From assembly GCF_035594765.1 (NCBI RefSeq), contig NC_085843.1:224727971-224791970 (forward strand): a stretch of 64,000 bases of DNA, given 5' to 3'. The notes under the pieces are model-generated. The model searched no databases. It was not told where the DNA came from and saw only the letters and a list, made by a program, of their open reading frames with translations. A program made the translations under genes and the position numbers. Origin of the DNA: Anolis carolinensis (Eukaryota). How positions within the stretch are numbered: the stretch's first letter is position 1; each line of letters opens with the position of its first letter. Positions 45,804 through 57,455 of this stretch are shown one piece after another.

Positions 45804-46922
45804 TGTTATGGTTGAGCCTTATGGCTCTGATACTGGGAGACGTGGTCGTAAGACTCCTCGGGAGTCAGATACTCTCGAGGAGCGAGAAAGGAAGCGGCTG
45901 CGGGATATCTTTGCAGAACCATCTGACGAGGATTCCTTTGAGGGTTTTACTGAGAGAATGGAGGAAGAGATGGTTGGCTCAGAGGAGGATGACATGGAAT
46001 GGACTCGTGTGAGGGAGGATTTGGGTGCCACTGGCAATGATAGTATGGAAGGCGATTGGGGACCTTCAGGATTAGACCCGTGGACAAGCTGGAGGGATGG
46101 GACGGGATCCACAGCTGGGGATGCTGTGGGGCGTAGTCAAAGGTGTTTCAGTTCTGATGAGGAAAGTGATGAGGAAACGCCTGGAATTAGGGTAACAGCT
46201 GATAGTGATGAGGAGCTGTAAACTGGCATAAAATGGGGTTTGGAAGCAATGGCTAATTGCGTTGGGCAAGGTAATCTGGACGAACGCTTGGGCTCTGTGT
46301 GGGAAATTCCTGAAGACGGGTGTGATTCGTTTGCTGACTACGTAAGTTACCAAGGACACTGGGCATAGACGGCGGGAGGAACTGTGTGGGCTTTTGTTGT
46401 GCAACCTGTGCTTAATCTTAATAGCTTGGACCTCCGTCGTCTTCTTGACGGACGCCATCTGTTTATTCTGGACTGACTGACTGACTGACTACGGCCTCGG
46501 ACTCTCCTTCCTGTGATTATCGTTGGACCTGGTGAACTACAAACGTCTGTACCTGCCTTACGACCTTCGGACCGGATTGGAACTTCGCTAACCGCTTCTG
46601 CCCTTGAATGCTGCGTTTGTATCTGGAAATTGCTTGCTGTGTGGAGGAGTAACCTCTTAGTTACTCAAACATAGCTTTTGTATTCTTTTGAACCTTTTGT
46701 TCACCAGCTTTTGTTTGTTTTAGTTCCGGGCTGAAGTAAGCTTTTTTGGTTTAACCCGGATTAAACTCCGGTTTAATCCGGTTTATCTTTTGAACGTTTT
46801 CCTTGTGTCTTTTTACTTTTAAGGCCAAGGTTTGCCTAGCCCTTGTCTTTTACGGGCATTTTTGGTTCTGTAACTCCAATAAACTTTGTTATATCTTATC
46901 TTGTGGCATTCTGTCCTTGACA
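45804..46922 (+). mobile_element. solo LTR (1119 bp, probably gypsy-type, CpG-retaining so probably young)
   Basis: TGTT...GACA ends. Perfect 5-bp TSD TTAAT (45799-45803, 46923-46927). CATAAAA TATA-like at 46227-46233, AATAAA at 46878-46883. Confidence 0.93.
45808..46221 (+). CDS. putative LTR(U3)-encoded 137-aa acidic protein with basic N-terminal patch and DIF..SDEDSFEGF motif
   Basis: ATG at LTR base 5, uninterrupted frame, stop just upstream of the TATA-like box. The track start at 45754 lies outside the LTR and is not used. Expression not shown. Confidence 0.6.
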   Translation: MVEPYGSDTGRRGRKTPRESDTLEERERKRLRDIFAEPSDEDSFEGFTERMEEEMVGSEEDDMEWTRVREDLGATGNDSMEGDWGPSGLDPWTSWRDGTGSTAGDAVGRSQRCFSSDEESDEETPGIRVTADSDEEL

Positions 46923-47129
46923 TTAATCTTATAATTTGTCTTTCAGGTTTTTTCTTTTTTGCTCTTGATAGTTTGTTTGTTCCCTATTGTTGTTTTTAAT
47001 TCAATGTGTCTGGAAACTAGGGCAGCAATAGAAGTTGTGCGGGCAGAAGGAGGTATAGTGATGGCAGGGGAACGTGTCCTCATAGAGGAAGGTGAGGAAA
47101 TTGTATAGGATGGAGAGAAAGGATGCACA

Positions 47130-47520
47130 CTAAGGTCCACTGAGAGCTATCTGCTCCAACCAGCCAGAACCTGACTGGCAACCATCATCCAAAGGAACTT
47201 TTCACTGGCTGCCCCAAGACTGTGGAACAACCTGCCAGAAAAACTCTGACAGCTAAATGAGCTATCGAAATTTTAAAACCATGTGAAGACCTATCTCTTC
47301 CGGTAGGCCTACCCAGACAGTCTTTAAGCATGAATTTTAAATGTGTGTCCTGTGTTTAATCTCTATTTTGTGAATTTTAATATGTCTTTTATAGAGATAC
47401 ATTTTGGTGTGTAGCTTTTATAGAGGTACATTTTAATATGTGGTGTTTCTGCAGTTTTTATGTGTTTTAATTGTTCTATAACCCACCTTGAACCATGAGG
47501 AGAGGTGGGTAAGAAATAAA
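47130..47520 (+). mobile_element. L2 LINE 3' end
   Basis: RNFSLAAPRLWNNLPEKL..F..HVKTYLF, then 3' UTR and (AAT)n tail. Confidence 0.8.
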
Positions 47521-47541
47521 ATAATAATAATAATAATAACA

Positions 47542-47588
<47 letters not shown>

Positions 47589-47592
47589 CATT
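47518..47592. repeat. (AAT)n-(ATT)n microsatellite
   Basis: Direct reading. Confidence 0.95.
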
Positions 47593-48899
47593 ACAGCTTG
47601 TAAATCTGGACACAGTATTCCAGTTAAAGTCTGACTAAAGCAGAATAGAATGGAGTTCTGACTTTTCTTGACCCATACAGACACTATATGCCTATTGATT
47701 CACCCTACAGGATTGTAAATACAAAGTTGATAATAGCATTAGATCACAGTCTAATAAGCAAGAAAGCATACATTCTTTGTTCACTCTGTATAAAATGCAC
47801 TGATTTCATGTCACTCTTTGCACCTATATGCAAGAATATGAGCTTTGTAGGTGCAAGACATGGCAATACAGGGAAAACAATAAAACATCTAACATCTTGC
47901 TAAAACATCCTCAAACCATTGTCTTCTTTGTTGCTTGCTGAGCTGATGTCTGTACAACTCAGCATTCATCCTCATATAAAAGAGTACTCAAAATGTTTTT
48001 ACTTAAGCACAGTTGTAGGAATGCACTTTATCAGTCTCCATTCATTCAGGATATAAATCCATTAAATTCTTGTTTTCAAACCAGACACCTTCCTCAAAAG
48101 AAGGCTAGTTCATTTTAAAATAAAACTTTGAGCTCTCTCAAGTCATACGCCAGATTTTGAATTCACCTTTCTGAAATGAATTCCAAGCAGGTAAAAAGAA
48201 CAAGATTTAATTCCTGGGGAAATAAACCCCCTTTTCTATGTACACAAAAGTTATAACTAAGTCAGTGATAAACTTTCACATACCAAAACCACAATGTAGA
48301 AACAGGAAGGCACAAATACAATAGGCAGGTGATCAAAGGGCTGCCTTCCTAAAGAAAAGATAGACACCACATGGAGATTTTCAGTTTACAAGCCCTGCTG
48401 TCTTACTGTTTCCCTGCCTAGTGATAAAAGATAAACCTGCGGATTCCCATCCACTGCAGGTCTGCATTACATTATTCAGTCAAGTCGTTTTCACAGCAGG
48501 AGAGTACAATGTAATGGCAAAACCGAAACAAGTTAATATCAGAGGTTTCAGAGAGGGAAAAGATGAAGGTGCACCTACCTGGGAATAAGGGGATGAAAAG
48601 ATTGTATCTTGCAGTTCTAGTGAAATTCATCAGTACCTTCTATTTCTTTGTCCAAGGCATTCCATTGAACCATAATATTGGATTTTCTTTCATATTCTGA
48701 CCATACCTGGGTGAAGTCAAATAAGAAATTATTTGAATCTCTGAGTTCTTCAAAAGAAATCTCCATAAGGCTTCAGATGTTCAGTTTCCATTTACTCTAC
48801 ATTATATAGGTTGAGCACGCCTAATCCAAAATACTCCAAAATTGTCCACAGGGGTGCAGAGATAGGGGACATTGTTTGCTTTCTGATGGTTGGGTTCTT

Positions 48900-50780
48900 T
48901 TTCTATAATATTCACTCCAATCCTAGATCATGGCCTTCGATTTCCAAAATACTGTCATCTATTTGCAAAATCCATTCCTTCAACTGCACAAGACAATATG
49001 ACTTATGGTGCAGTTTTATTCTGGAAAATCTCAAAACACTGTCTTTGGGCCTCATCACATTGATAAGGTCCCATGTTCCAGTTCGGCAGTCTCTTTGGCG
49101 AATTGACGGGGCAATCCTGTCAGACAGATCCAGAGATTTCTTTCTGCCACTGCTTGAAGAATATTACATTTCTTATAATAGAAATACCCTTATAATGGGA
49201 ATCATTTCAAAATACAATAATAGTCTTAGCAATGCATTGATTCATTTTCCGCTTCTGAAGACATATTTTAAGTCAATGATTTTATTTATCACAGTTCACT
49301 TTAAAGTAGGAACATGCCCCAAACAGCTTAATCTTTTAATTTTCATTGAATCCAGTGAAAGATCATTTCCATAGGCCCTCAACTTATACAGCCTTTTTTC
49401 AAATCCTCACTCCACAAATTCCGTCATTTTGTCTGTGATCACTCAATAAGGTCTCCATGGCTGGAATGAAAAACAAAAATGAGATGGGACATCCTTGTCT
49501 TGTTCCCTTTTGTATTGCAGCCAGAGTTGTTGCATTGTCATTTACCAAATCCAGACTTTTTGAGTATAATGTTTTTATAGCCCAGATAATATTTTCTCCA
49601 AAGTTCATTCTCTCCAAGAAATATTGTAAAATGCTTTCTCTGCAGCCAGAAAAACCAAAACAATCTTTTTTTTCTTATTCTGATGTTCCAAATACTCAGT
49701 AATATTCAGGACAGTTCTTATATTACCTCTTAATTGACTTTTTGGCAAAAAAAAAACACCCCACTTTGATCCTCATTAATATTCTGGGAGATATTCTTAC
49801 TCAATGTTTGCCAAAATAGTGGTTAATGTCCTAAAGTCATTGTTTAATAATGAAATAGGTCTGCAGTTCCTTGTTAATGTTTTGTTTGCATAATCTTTCT
49901 GAATGACTGTAATATGGGGATTCCTCCAAGAATCCAGCATTCACCTTTTCTATTAGTCTATCAAATACCATTTTAAATAGTTGAAGTAATTTGTTTTTGA
50001 ATTTCTTATAATATACTGCACATGGTCCATCTAGATCTGGAGCTTTTCCAACTTTGGTCTTTTTGATTGTCTCAGCAATCTCTATTGCTGTCATAGGTTC
50101 ACTCATAATCCCTCACATATAAACCTCTAAAGTATTCCACAAAAGATTTTAATATGTTCTTATTATTCATTGCATACTGATTTCCCTTCCTAAGCTTTGT
50201 GATAGATTTCTTAATCCTATCCTGCTTCAGTTTGTTGTAAATCCACTGTCCAGGTTTATTCCCAAGTTATACTTGTTTGGCACTCAGTTTTTGCACTACA
50301 AATGGTAAAAACCACTCTTGCAATAACTTAATATTGTATGGAATCTCTTTGTTAAACCATTTCTTGAGTTTCCATTCTAGATTTTATAATTCCAGAAAGA
50401 AATTTGTTCTTTTTTTAAAGCTTAGAGCCACATTTTATGCCTGTCTCCCAAACTACTGTTGGGTCTGTTTTTATGTAAATTCAGTTCAATAAGTTACTCA
50501 AATCTTTTTTTTACAGTGCTATAATATTTCATTCTTCAGAAACACATATTAATAAACCTTCATATGAATTAAATTATCTCTGATTTCAGAGTTATCATGG
50601 TGGGATTTCATGATCTTTCTTAATTATTTTGCTGAATATTAATCGTTGTTAGCTGGAATAAGAAACTCCATTCCAGTTCCCCGTAAAAATCAGATTTTGT
50701 CCAGTTTCGATGTATTTTAATAAGTTTTCGATAAACACATTTTGACACTCAATTTGAACTGAACAATTATATATCTACCA
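48900..50780 (-). mobile_element. L1-clade LINE ORF2, heavily degraded (linker and RT region)
   Basis: IAETIKKTKVGKAPDLDGPCAVYYKKFKNKL and IQKGTRQGCPISFLFFIPAMETLL motifs; multiple frameshifts; boundaries approximate. Confidence 0.8.
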
Positions 50781-50807
50781 TTTTCATCTTGAAATATCAG
50801 TTTAGGC

Positions 50808-51030
50808 CAGTGGTTCCCAAACTTATTTGGCCTGCCGCCCCCGTTTCAGAAAAAATATTACTCAGCGTCCCCTGGAAAGGGGGCGTGGCTTAGAGGGGTG
50901 GGCGTGGCTCCTGCTCAAGAGGGCGGGGATGAGCCTCTCCCCTAGTCCAAGATGCAGGGCTGGGAGGGGGAGGTGGGCGGGGCCACAAATGGGCGGGCAG
51001 GACTGGGATGGGTGGAGTTATGAGCTTTCC
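50808..51030 (+). mobile_element. hAT-type element 5' fragment with G-rich tract
   Basis: CAGTGGTTCCCAAACTT terminus followed by repeated GGGGCGTGGC/GGGCGGGG. Confidence 0.6.
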
Positions 51031-51540
51031 CAACCTTCAGATTTAAATATTATGACCTCTTCACATGTGCCACTGGAATCACCACGGATCGTGGCGATTC
51101 CAGCAATACACATCTGGAGGCATTGAGAACCCATCACCCTATGCCCTGCGCTATATCACCTGACTCACATGTTCCCATCCCATGCCACCTGGCTTTGCCC
51201 CATTGATCTAAGGCAACGCGGGAAGCCTCCCATGTTGCTGCCACCACAGCATGCACTGGTTTGCCTTCTCCTTTGAGATGCCCCACCAGAGCCCCACTGG
51301 AAGTTGCAGTGAATCGTGTAATGGAAGCCAGTGGGCTCCGTCTTAAAGGAGAAGGCAAACAAGCACATGCTTCTCCCCCATGTGATGAGGTTGTTAGTAT
51401 ACTGAATATTTAGAAGTACCTTCCAGTGCATCTTACTCCCAAGTGAGTATGCACAGACTCATCAACCCTCATTGTCTTAATATTTCTTCTCACGTGATAG
51501 TACATTCCTGGTTGGCCATTCCAAAGGAGGCCCAATTACA

Positions 51541-52030
51541 GGGCCGGGCCGTGGCACAGCTGGTTAGTAGTCAGCAGCAATAAATCACCACTGACCGTGA
51601 GGTCATTGGTTCGAAGCCCGGGTCGGGGTTAAAGTTCCCAACCATTAATAGCCTAGCTTGCTATTGACCTAAGCAGTTCGAAAGCAGACGTGTCTGAAAG
51701 TAGAAAATTCTAGGTACCTCTTAATGCAGGAAGGTTAATTTAACTTAATTTATGACATCATAAAAAACTGCCAACAGCATGTGAAGAACATGAGGAAGTA
51801 CTACCTTCAAAAGGACCCAGTGTCACAGTGGATGATGAAGCAGCAGCTCCCCCTGTGGCCAGAATCGAGCATACCCTCATGAAGCCGGAAGCTGGAAAAA
51901 TGTTAAATAGTCTTTATTTGTCTGTCTGTTTATGTCGTATATCTGATAATGGCATTGAATGTTTGCCATGTATATGTGCATTGTAATCCACCCTGAGTCC
52001 CCTTCAGGATGAGAAGGACGGAATATAAAT
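51541..52030 (+). mobile_element. tRNA-derived SINE with L2-type tail (Anolis SINE2-like)
   Basis: A-box-like TGGCACAGCTGG, B-box GGTTCGAAGCCC, L2-like CCCTGAGTCCCC...GAGAAGG stem, (TAAA)n. Confidence 0.88.
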
Positions 52031-52172
52031 ACTGTAAATAAATAAATAAATGGGAGTATTGGTTGTACAGCTTTGCCAGATCACTTTGTTGGGGTAAGTC
52101 TGCCCATGTAGCCTAATCTTAGGTGGGATCTTGAACTGCCCTCCTCCCAATTCCAGGGTCCCCATTTAATTA

Positions 52173-52580
52173 CCCTGTTTCCCCTAAAATAAGACATCCC
52201 CAGAAAATAACACCTAGTAGAAGTTTTGCTGAATTGCTAAATATAAGGCCTCCCCCAAAAGTAAGACCTAGCAAAGGTTTTGTTTGGAAGCTTGCCCGCC
52301 AAACAGAACACCAGACCATGCAGGATTGGTAAATGTATGTACCATAGGGTGTTGTACATGGAAATAATGGTAGTAACAAGAAATTATTGATAGGATTTAC
52401 AGCTTGTCTGGTTATGCTGGTTTGTGATGACAATATAATGTTCTTTTTTTTTTTTTTGCTCAACAATAAATGTGAATTCTTCTTCATGGAAAAATAAGAC
52501 ATCTCCTGAAAATAAGACCTAGAGCATCTTTGGGAACAAAAATTAATATAAGACACTGTCTTATTTTCGGGGAAACACGG
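52173..52580. mobile_element. Tc1/mariner-superfamily MITE
   Basis: TIR CC(C/G)TGTTTCCCC(T/G)AAAATAAGACA, TA flanks, repeated AAAATAAGAC motif. Confidence 0.9.
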
Positions 52581-53084
52581 TACCATAGAATATTTTGCAA
52601 TGCAATGCATGTAAGAGATTACTTTTCATTTCCCATTTTGTTCCACTGAAATGAAAGAAAAACTCGATTTTTGTTCTTATGGGAGGAATAAACAAACAAA
52701 GCTGCAAAAAAAATCCATTAGGCAGAAAGTTAGAATACAGTTAGGCAATTTAAGCACCACAAAACAAAGAAACACAAAATCAGTCGACTGTCAACTGGGA
52801 CATAAACCTTCATTTTCGCATACCAAGATAAAGTAATATGCGGGCTCTCTAGCCAATTTCCATAAACATTTAAATCACAAACAAATAAAAATCAAAGTTT
52901 ATTATGAATTTCATTGCTTTTAGCTGAGTAAACTATACATGCTTCATTTCTACTTTCCTGTGTTTCTTTTACCCCCTCAGTTTAGTCTTAATCATTACAA
53001 GCAGTTCACTGGCATGCTGGAAAAACCTCAATCTGGAGGATCTAATTAGAAGCTAACATGAAGCCTATTTGGTGTGCACGTATA

Positions 53085-53413
53085 CAGTGTTCCCTCACTA
53101 CTTCACGGATTCGCTGTTTCGTGGTTTTTCAATAAACTCTAAAAGACTATTATAAATCATAAAAAAATACAATTTACAGCCTAAGGAAGGGAGGAAGGAG
53201 AAGCCGAAGAGAGAGAAAAGGAGCCCAAGCGGCAACAGGAGGAGAAGGAGGCAATTTATCAACACATGATTGGTTGATAAAGACTTAAAATAGTATATAA
53301 CTACTAAAATAATGTATAAATATTAAAATAAATATAGGGCCCCTACTTTGAGGATTTTTACTTATTGTGGGTGGTCCTGGAACCTAACCCCAGTGATAAG
53401 TGAGGGAACACTG
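53085..53413. mobile_element. pogo/Tigger-type MITE
   Basis: TIR CAGTGTTCCCTCACT, TA flanks. Confidence 0.9.
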
Positions 53414-53564
53414 TACTCCACATATGAAAGCATGCTAGACTTTCCCACCAGGTCTATTGTCTTTTTTCTTCAGACACGAATGTCACACATCTGAAAGCTG
53501 TTGTATCTGCATATGTTCCAGGACTCAGTACAAAAATCCTGATGCTCTGACTCACTGGAGACTC

Positions 53565-53722
53565 TCATAGAATTCTTGAGGTGAAAGAGACCAAAAGAGT
53601 CATCCAATCCAATCCAAAGCACTTTTGATAGTTGACCACCCAACCTCTGTGTATAAACCTTCCAGGAAGAAGACTCGCATTCCAAGGCACTTTATTACAC
53701 TGTTGAACAGCTCTTGTCATCC
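53565..53722 (-). mobile_element. degraded CR1 3' end
   Basis: RAVQQCN..., QRLGGQLS and ATTCTATG tail on the reverse strand. Confidence 0.65.
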
Positions 53723-54881
53723 AAGTCTCCTCTTGAGACCAGTTTTTTAAAAAAAATGATAAAATTCTCAAGCTGCTTCCAAATGTGAGAGGGGGAACAA
53801 GGCCTCTTGGTAGACTTACAAGGGGTTAATTGCTGTAGGAAAAATTGCTGTAGGAAAAATCATATTCCAAAGAGTAACCAAAAATTGCTCTTCCTTTCTG
53901 CCATAACGTCTCACAATACTCCTCGTTTGTGTTCTTCTAGCACATTGTGAGATATTAAAATGGCAGCTTTCCAACAGTCCTGGGCTTGTCGAACTATATG
54001 TATGGTATATATAATTTATCTTGGGGAGAGAAGATAAGACAATGTTCAGTACTACTGATGTGCTAACAGCTGCCCAAGAATGCCAGGTGCTGAGAAATTC
54101 CAGGCTGTTATAATATTAGACAGATGCAAGATTAATCCTCTTGCAGTCAAATTGGCAAAGGCCGAAGATTTTAAAGTGACTGTAGCCAAAATACTTGAAA
54201 ACCTAAGGGACTGCAAAGAGCAATGAGTAGTATTTTCATTAACATGGCTTTTGGGAACAACAGCTCATTTTCAAATAAATTATTATGTACGAACAGGCTT
54301 TTGGCAAACCATAGCATTAAAAGAATATATTTCATGGCTGAGTTACACACATCCCAGCTATCCTCATTTGGCTGATACAGTCTCAATTAATCCTCTGTCA
54401 TCCAATTTTCTCAGCTACTTTTAAAATATCCCAGTTTCTCTCTTCTTTCTCCCTCCACCCTCAACTTACTTTCTCCCTCCAATCTCAACTTACTTCAACT
54501 GAGTAATGCAAATTAGTTCTCACACAAATAACTCATCAGTGGGGAGAAGAGATGAATCTGTCCTTTCCAGTAGGCTCCACCAAAAGCAAACTGCTACAGG
54601 CTCTCCTGGCTTGTGTGTTCTTCCATATTAACATGATCTTAAGTACATTTCGTTTTCATTTGTGACATGTTGTAGGATATGGAATTAAGTGTTAAGATAA
54701 GTTTGTTTTACATTGATTATAATTGATAGGAATTTATTCATTCTGCATGTGTAAAATCTATACGAATCATTGGCTACAAGCTACTCATAAGAACATATAC
54801 TTCAGAAGCATGAGGCTGTGCAGGTTCATGTCCCATGTCTACAAACAGAGTGGGGAAATTTTCCAGTTGGAAACTAAAGAA

Positions 54882-55003
54882 CAGGCATGGGCAAACTTCA
54901 GCCTTCCAGATGTTTTGGACTTCTACTCCCACAATTCCTAACAGCCTGCTGGCTGGAAGTTAAAATCCAAAACACCTGAAGGGCCAAAGTTTGCCCATGC
55001 CTG
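54882..55003. mobile_element. palindromic hAT-type MITE (CAGGCATGGGCAAACTT family)
   Basis: 17-bp TIR CAGGCATGGGCAAACTT. A half copy is at ~62810-62907. Confidence 0.85.
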
Positions 55004-55190
55004 CTCTAGAGTACCACAATCACTTATTGAATTGAACACTGGATGGGATGAACCATTCAGTGTTCTATAGTCATGGTAATAGTCTATGTCTGTTCAAAGA
55101 ATTCCTTTTCCCTCTTGCTGCCTTAAAATCCTACTCCACGTTGTTAAGAAATCCTCCAGAGCCGATTTTCAGAACTATAATAGATGGTAG

Positions 55191-55395
55191 AGGAGCCCCC
55201 AATAGTGCAGCAGATTAAACTGCTTAGCTGCTGAACTTGCTGACCAAAACATCGACGGTTTGAATCCAGGGAGCAGGGTGAGCTCCTGCTGTCAGCCCCA
55301 GCTTCTGCCAAACTAGAAATTCAAAAACATGCAAACGTGAGAAGATCATGACATGACTAGACTTAATGTCAGGAGAAAACCTTTACCTTTACCTA
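55191..55395 (+). mobile_element. Sauria SINE, internally deleted
   Basis: Head and (ACCTTT)n tail present, central ~130 bp missing. Confidence 0.88.
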
Positions 55396-55539
55396 ATAGA
55401 CAGTAGGGTTTGGGGAGGGAAGAGATCCTGATTCCACTGGAGAATGCAGTAAAGTTTATCAGAAGTATATTGTTGCATTGTAGCTTAAGTTTGACTTGTC
55501 TTTTAACAATGTCATTTCCTGGACAGAGATAATATTGCC

Positions 55540-56010
55540 ATTGTGATCCTTGGACAGGTAATCTCTCAATTAGACTACTGCAACACACTTGACATGGGAC
55601 TACATCTGAAGACAATTTGGAAGTTGTATCTGGTAAAAAAAATGTAGCAGCTAGGCTTCCAAACGGAATGCCACATAAAAACCATATAATGCAGGAATTA
55701 AAGGAATTGCACTGCTGGCCAATGCACTCCTGATCTGAATTCAAAGTGAGAGTGATTACTTTTAAAGATTATAATAATTTGAGGCTTCAAGATTTGAAGG
55801 AGCAGCTTTCTAGGTATTTGACTATCTGAAGAAAACCTCCTTTATGTTCCAAGAGTTGGGGAAATAAATGGTGTGAGGGCATGAGAAATTGTCTTCACTA
55901 CTGTAGCACCACATTTATGGAATTATCTCCTCTTAGAAACCTGAGGGGCAGAGATGTTGGTGTGTGGCATAAATTTAAAACATGGCTGTTGAGAGCCTTT
56001 GGTGCCAAAT
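55540..56010 (+). mobile_element. old L2 ORF2 3' fragment
   Basis: LDYCNTL..GL.LKTIWKL, KELHCWP, VAPHLWNYLL remnants. Confidence 0.7.
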
Positions 56011-56496
56011 GATTCTGTCTAATTTGCATATGTAGATGGTTTTTACATTGTTACATGATAGTTTGATACTTTTCGAACTGTAACAAGTATCACCTATTAA
56101 ATCATTTTAATCTATATTGTACGCCATGTTGATATGCTAGAATATAGGCCAAGCAATGCATATTTTCATAATTTTTTTTAAATGAAATAAGTTCACTACA
56201 AACATTGCTGTTATTTATGCACAGTATTCCCAGCTGCGGAGCTAAAAGTGATGCTGTAACATGACACTGTTTTGCAAGCCACATTTTCCCAAGCAGCAAT
56301 GTGTTCCAGGACAACTTAAGAGATTCAACAGCCAAATGAGCACTGAGTCCTGCAGATTCATGGTGTTTCTTAAATATATTTTTATTTAAAAACATACAGG
56401 CAAATAAACACAGCACCGTGGGATGTTTATTATCAAAAAGGGTCCAAGATTTGGAAGCCATCCAAACAGTTTCCTCTACATCAGAGTTGGAGGGAT

Positions 56497-56795
56497 TTTT
56501 TTGTGTGTCAGGAGCAATGTGAGAAACTGTAAATCACTTCTGGTGTGAGAGAATTGGCCATCTGCAAGGAAGTTGCCCAGAGGACGCCCAGATGTTTGTT
56601 TGTTTTTTTATGTTTTTACCATTCTTGTGGGAGGTTTCTCTCATGTTCTCTCATGGAGCTGGAGCTGATAGAGGGAGCTCATCCCCACTCTCCCTGGGTT
56701 GGATTCAAACTGGCAACCTTCAGGTCAGCAACCCAACCTGTAGTTCATCAGTCCTGTCAGCACAAGAGTTTAACTCACTGCGCCATCGGGGGCTC
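56497..56795 (-). mobile_element. Vingi-tailed tRNA-derived SINE
   Basis: Reverse complement of the 28451-28686 family, including the tRNA head. Confidence 0.82.
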
Positions 56796-57153
56796 CTTAT
56801 CAAAGTTGGAGTGTGTGTGGGCCATTGATAGCCAACTGTTGCATGAGCCACATCTTGCTCAGCTGATGGATTATTGGTCCTCCAAAAAGTGCTGAATGAA
56901 TACTCCCATTTTCCTTGACAATTGGCCATGCTAGTGTGTTGGAAATGGGAGTCCAGCAGCAATTGGAGGGTTCTTACCCTACAACATCCGAAGTGTGCAT
57001 CTTTTCCACCAACCTCAAAATCCATTTTCTATCTAGTCTATTTCACAGAAATAGATGACAGTGAGGGGGAAGAGGGAAAGGGGGGACAAATAGATAGATA
57101 TGACAATAGATAGAAAATAGTGCAATTCTGCTTTTTGCCGGTGAGTATAAAAG

Positions 57154-57455
57154 GGTGATGCCGGGGGTTAAACCACTGAGCTGCTGAACATCCTGACCGA
57201 AAGGTTGGTGGTTCAAATCCGGGGAGCGGGGTGAGCTCCCACTGTTAGACCCAGCTTCTGCCAACCTAGCAGTTCCAAAACATGTAAATATGAGTAGATG
57301 AATAAGAACTGCTCTGGCGGGAAGATAATGGCGCTCCATGCAGTCATGCCGGCCACATGACAACGCCGGCTCCTTGGCTTAGAAATGGAGATGAGCATCA
57401 ACCCCCAGAGTCGGACATGACTAGACTTAATGTCAGGGGAAACCTTTACCTTTAC
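57154..57455 (+). mobile_element. Sauria SINE
   Basis: B box GGTTCAAATCC, body and ACCTTTACCTTTAC tail. Confidence 0.93.

Noticed and set aside
45819-46458. Minus-strand ORFs in the 45804 LTR
   Set aside because: Antisense shadows of the acidic ORF and LTR sequence; no independent support.
48811-49374. 187-aa plus-strand ORF
   Set aside because: Mostly antisense to degraded L1 ORF2; no recognisable protein.
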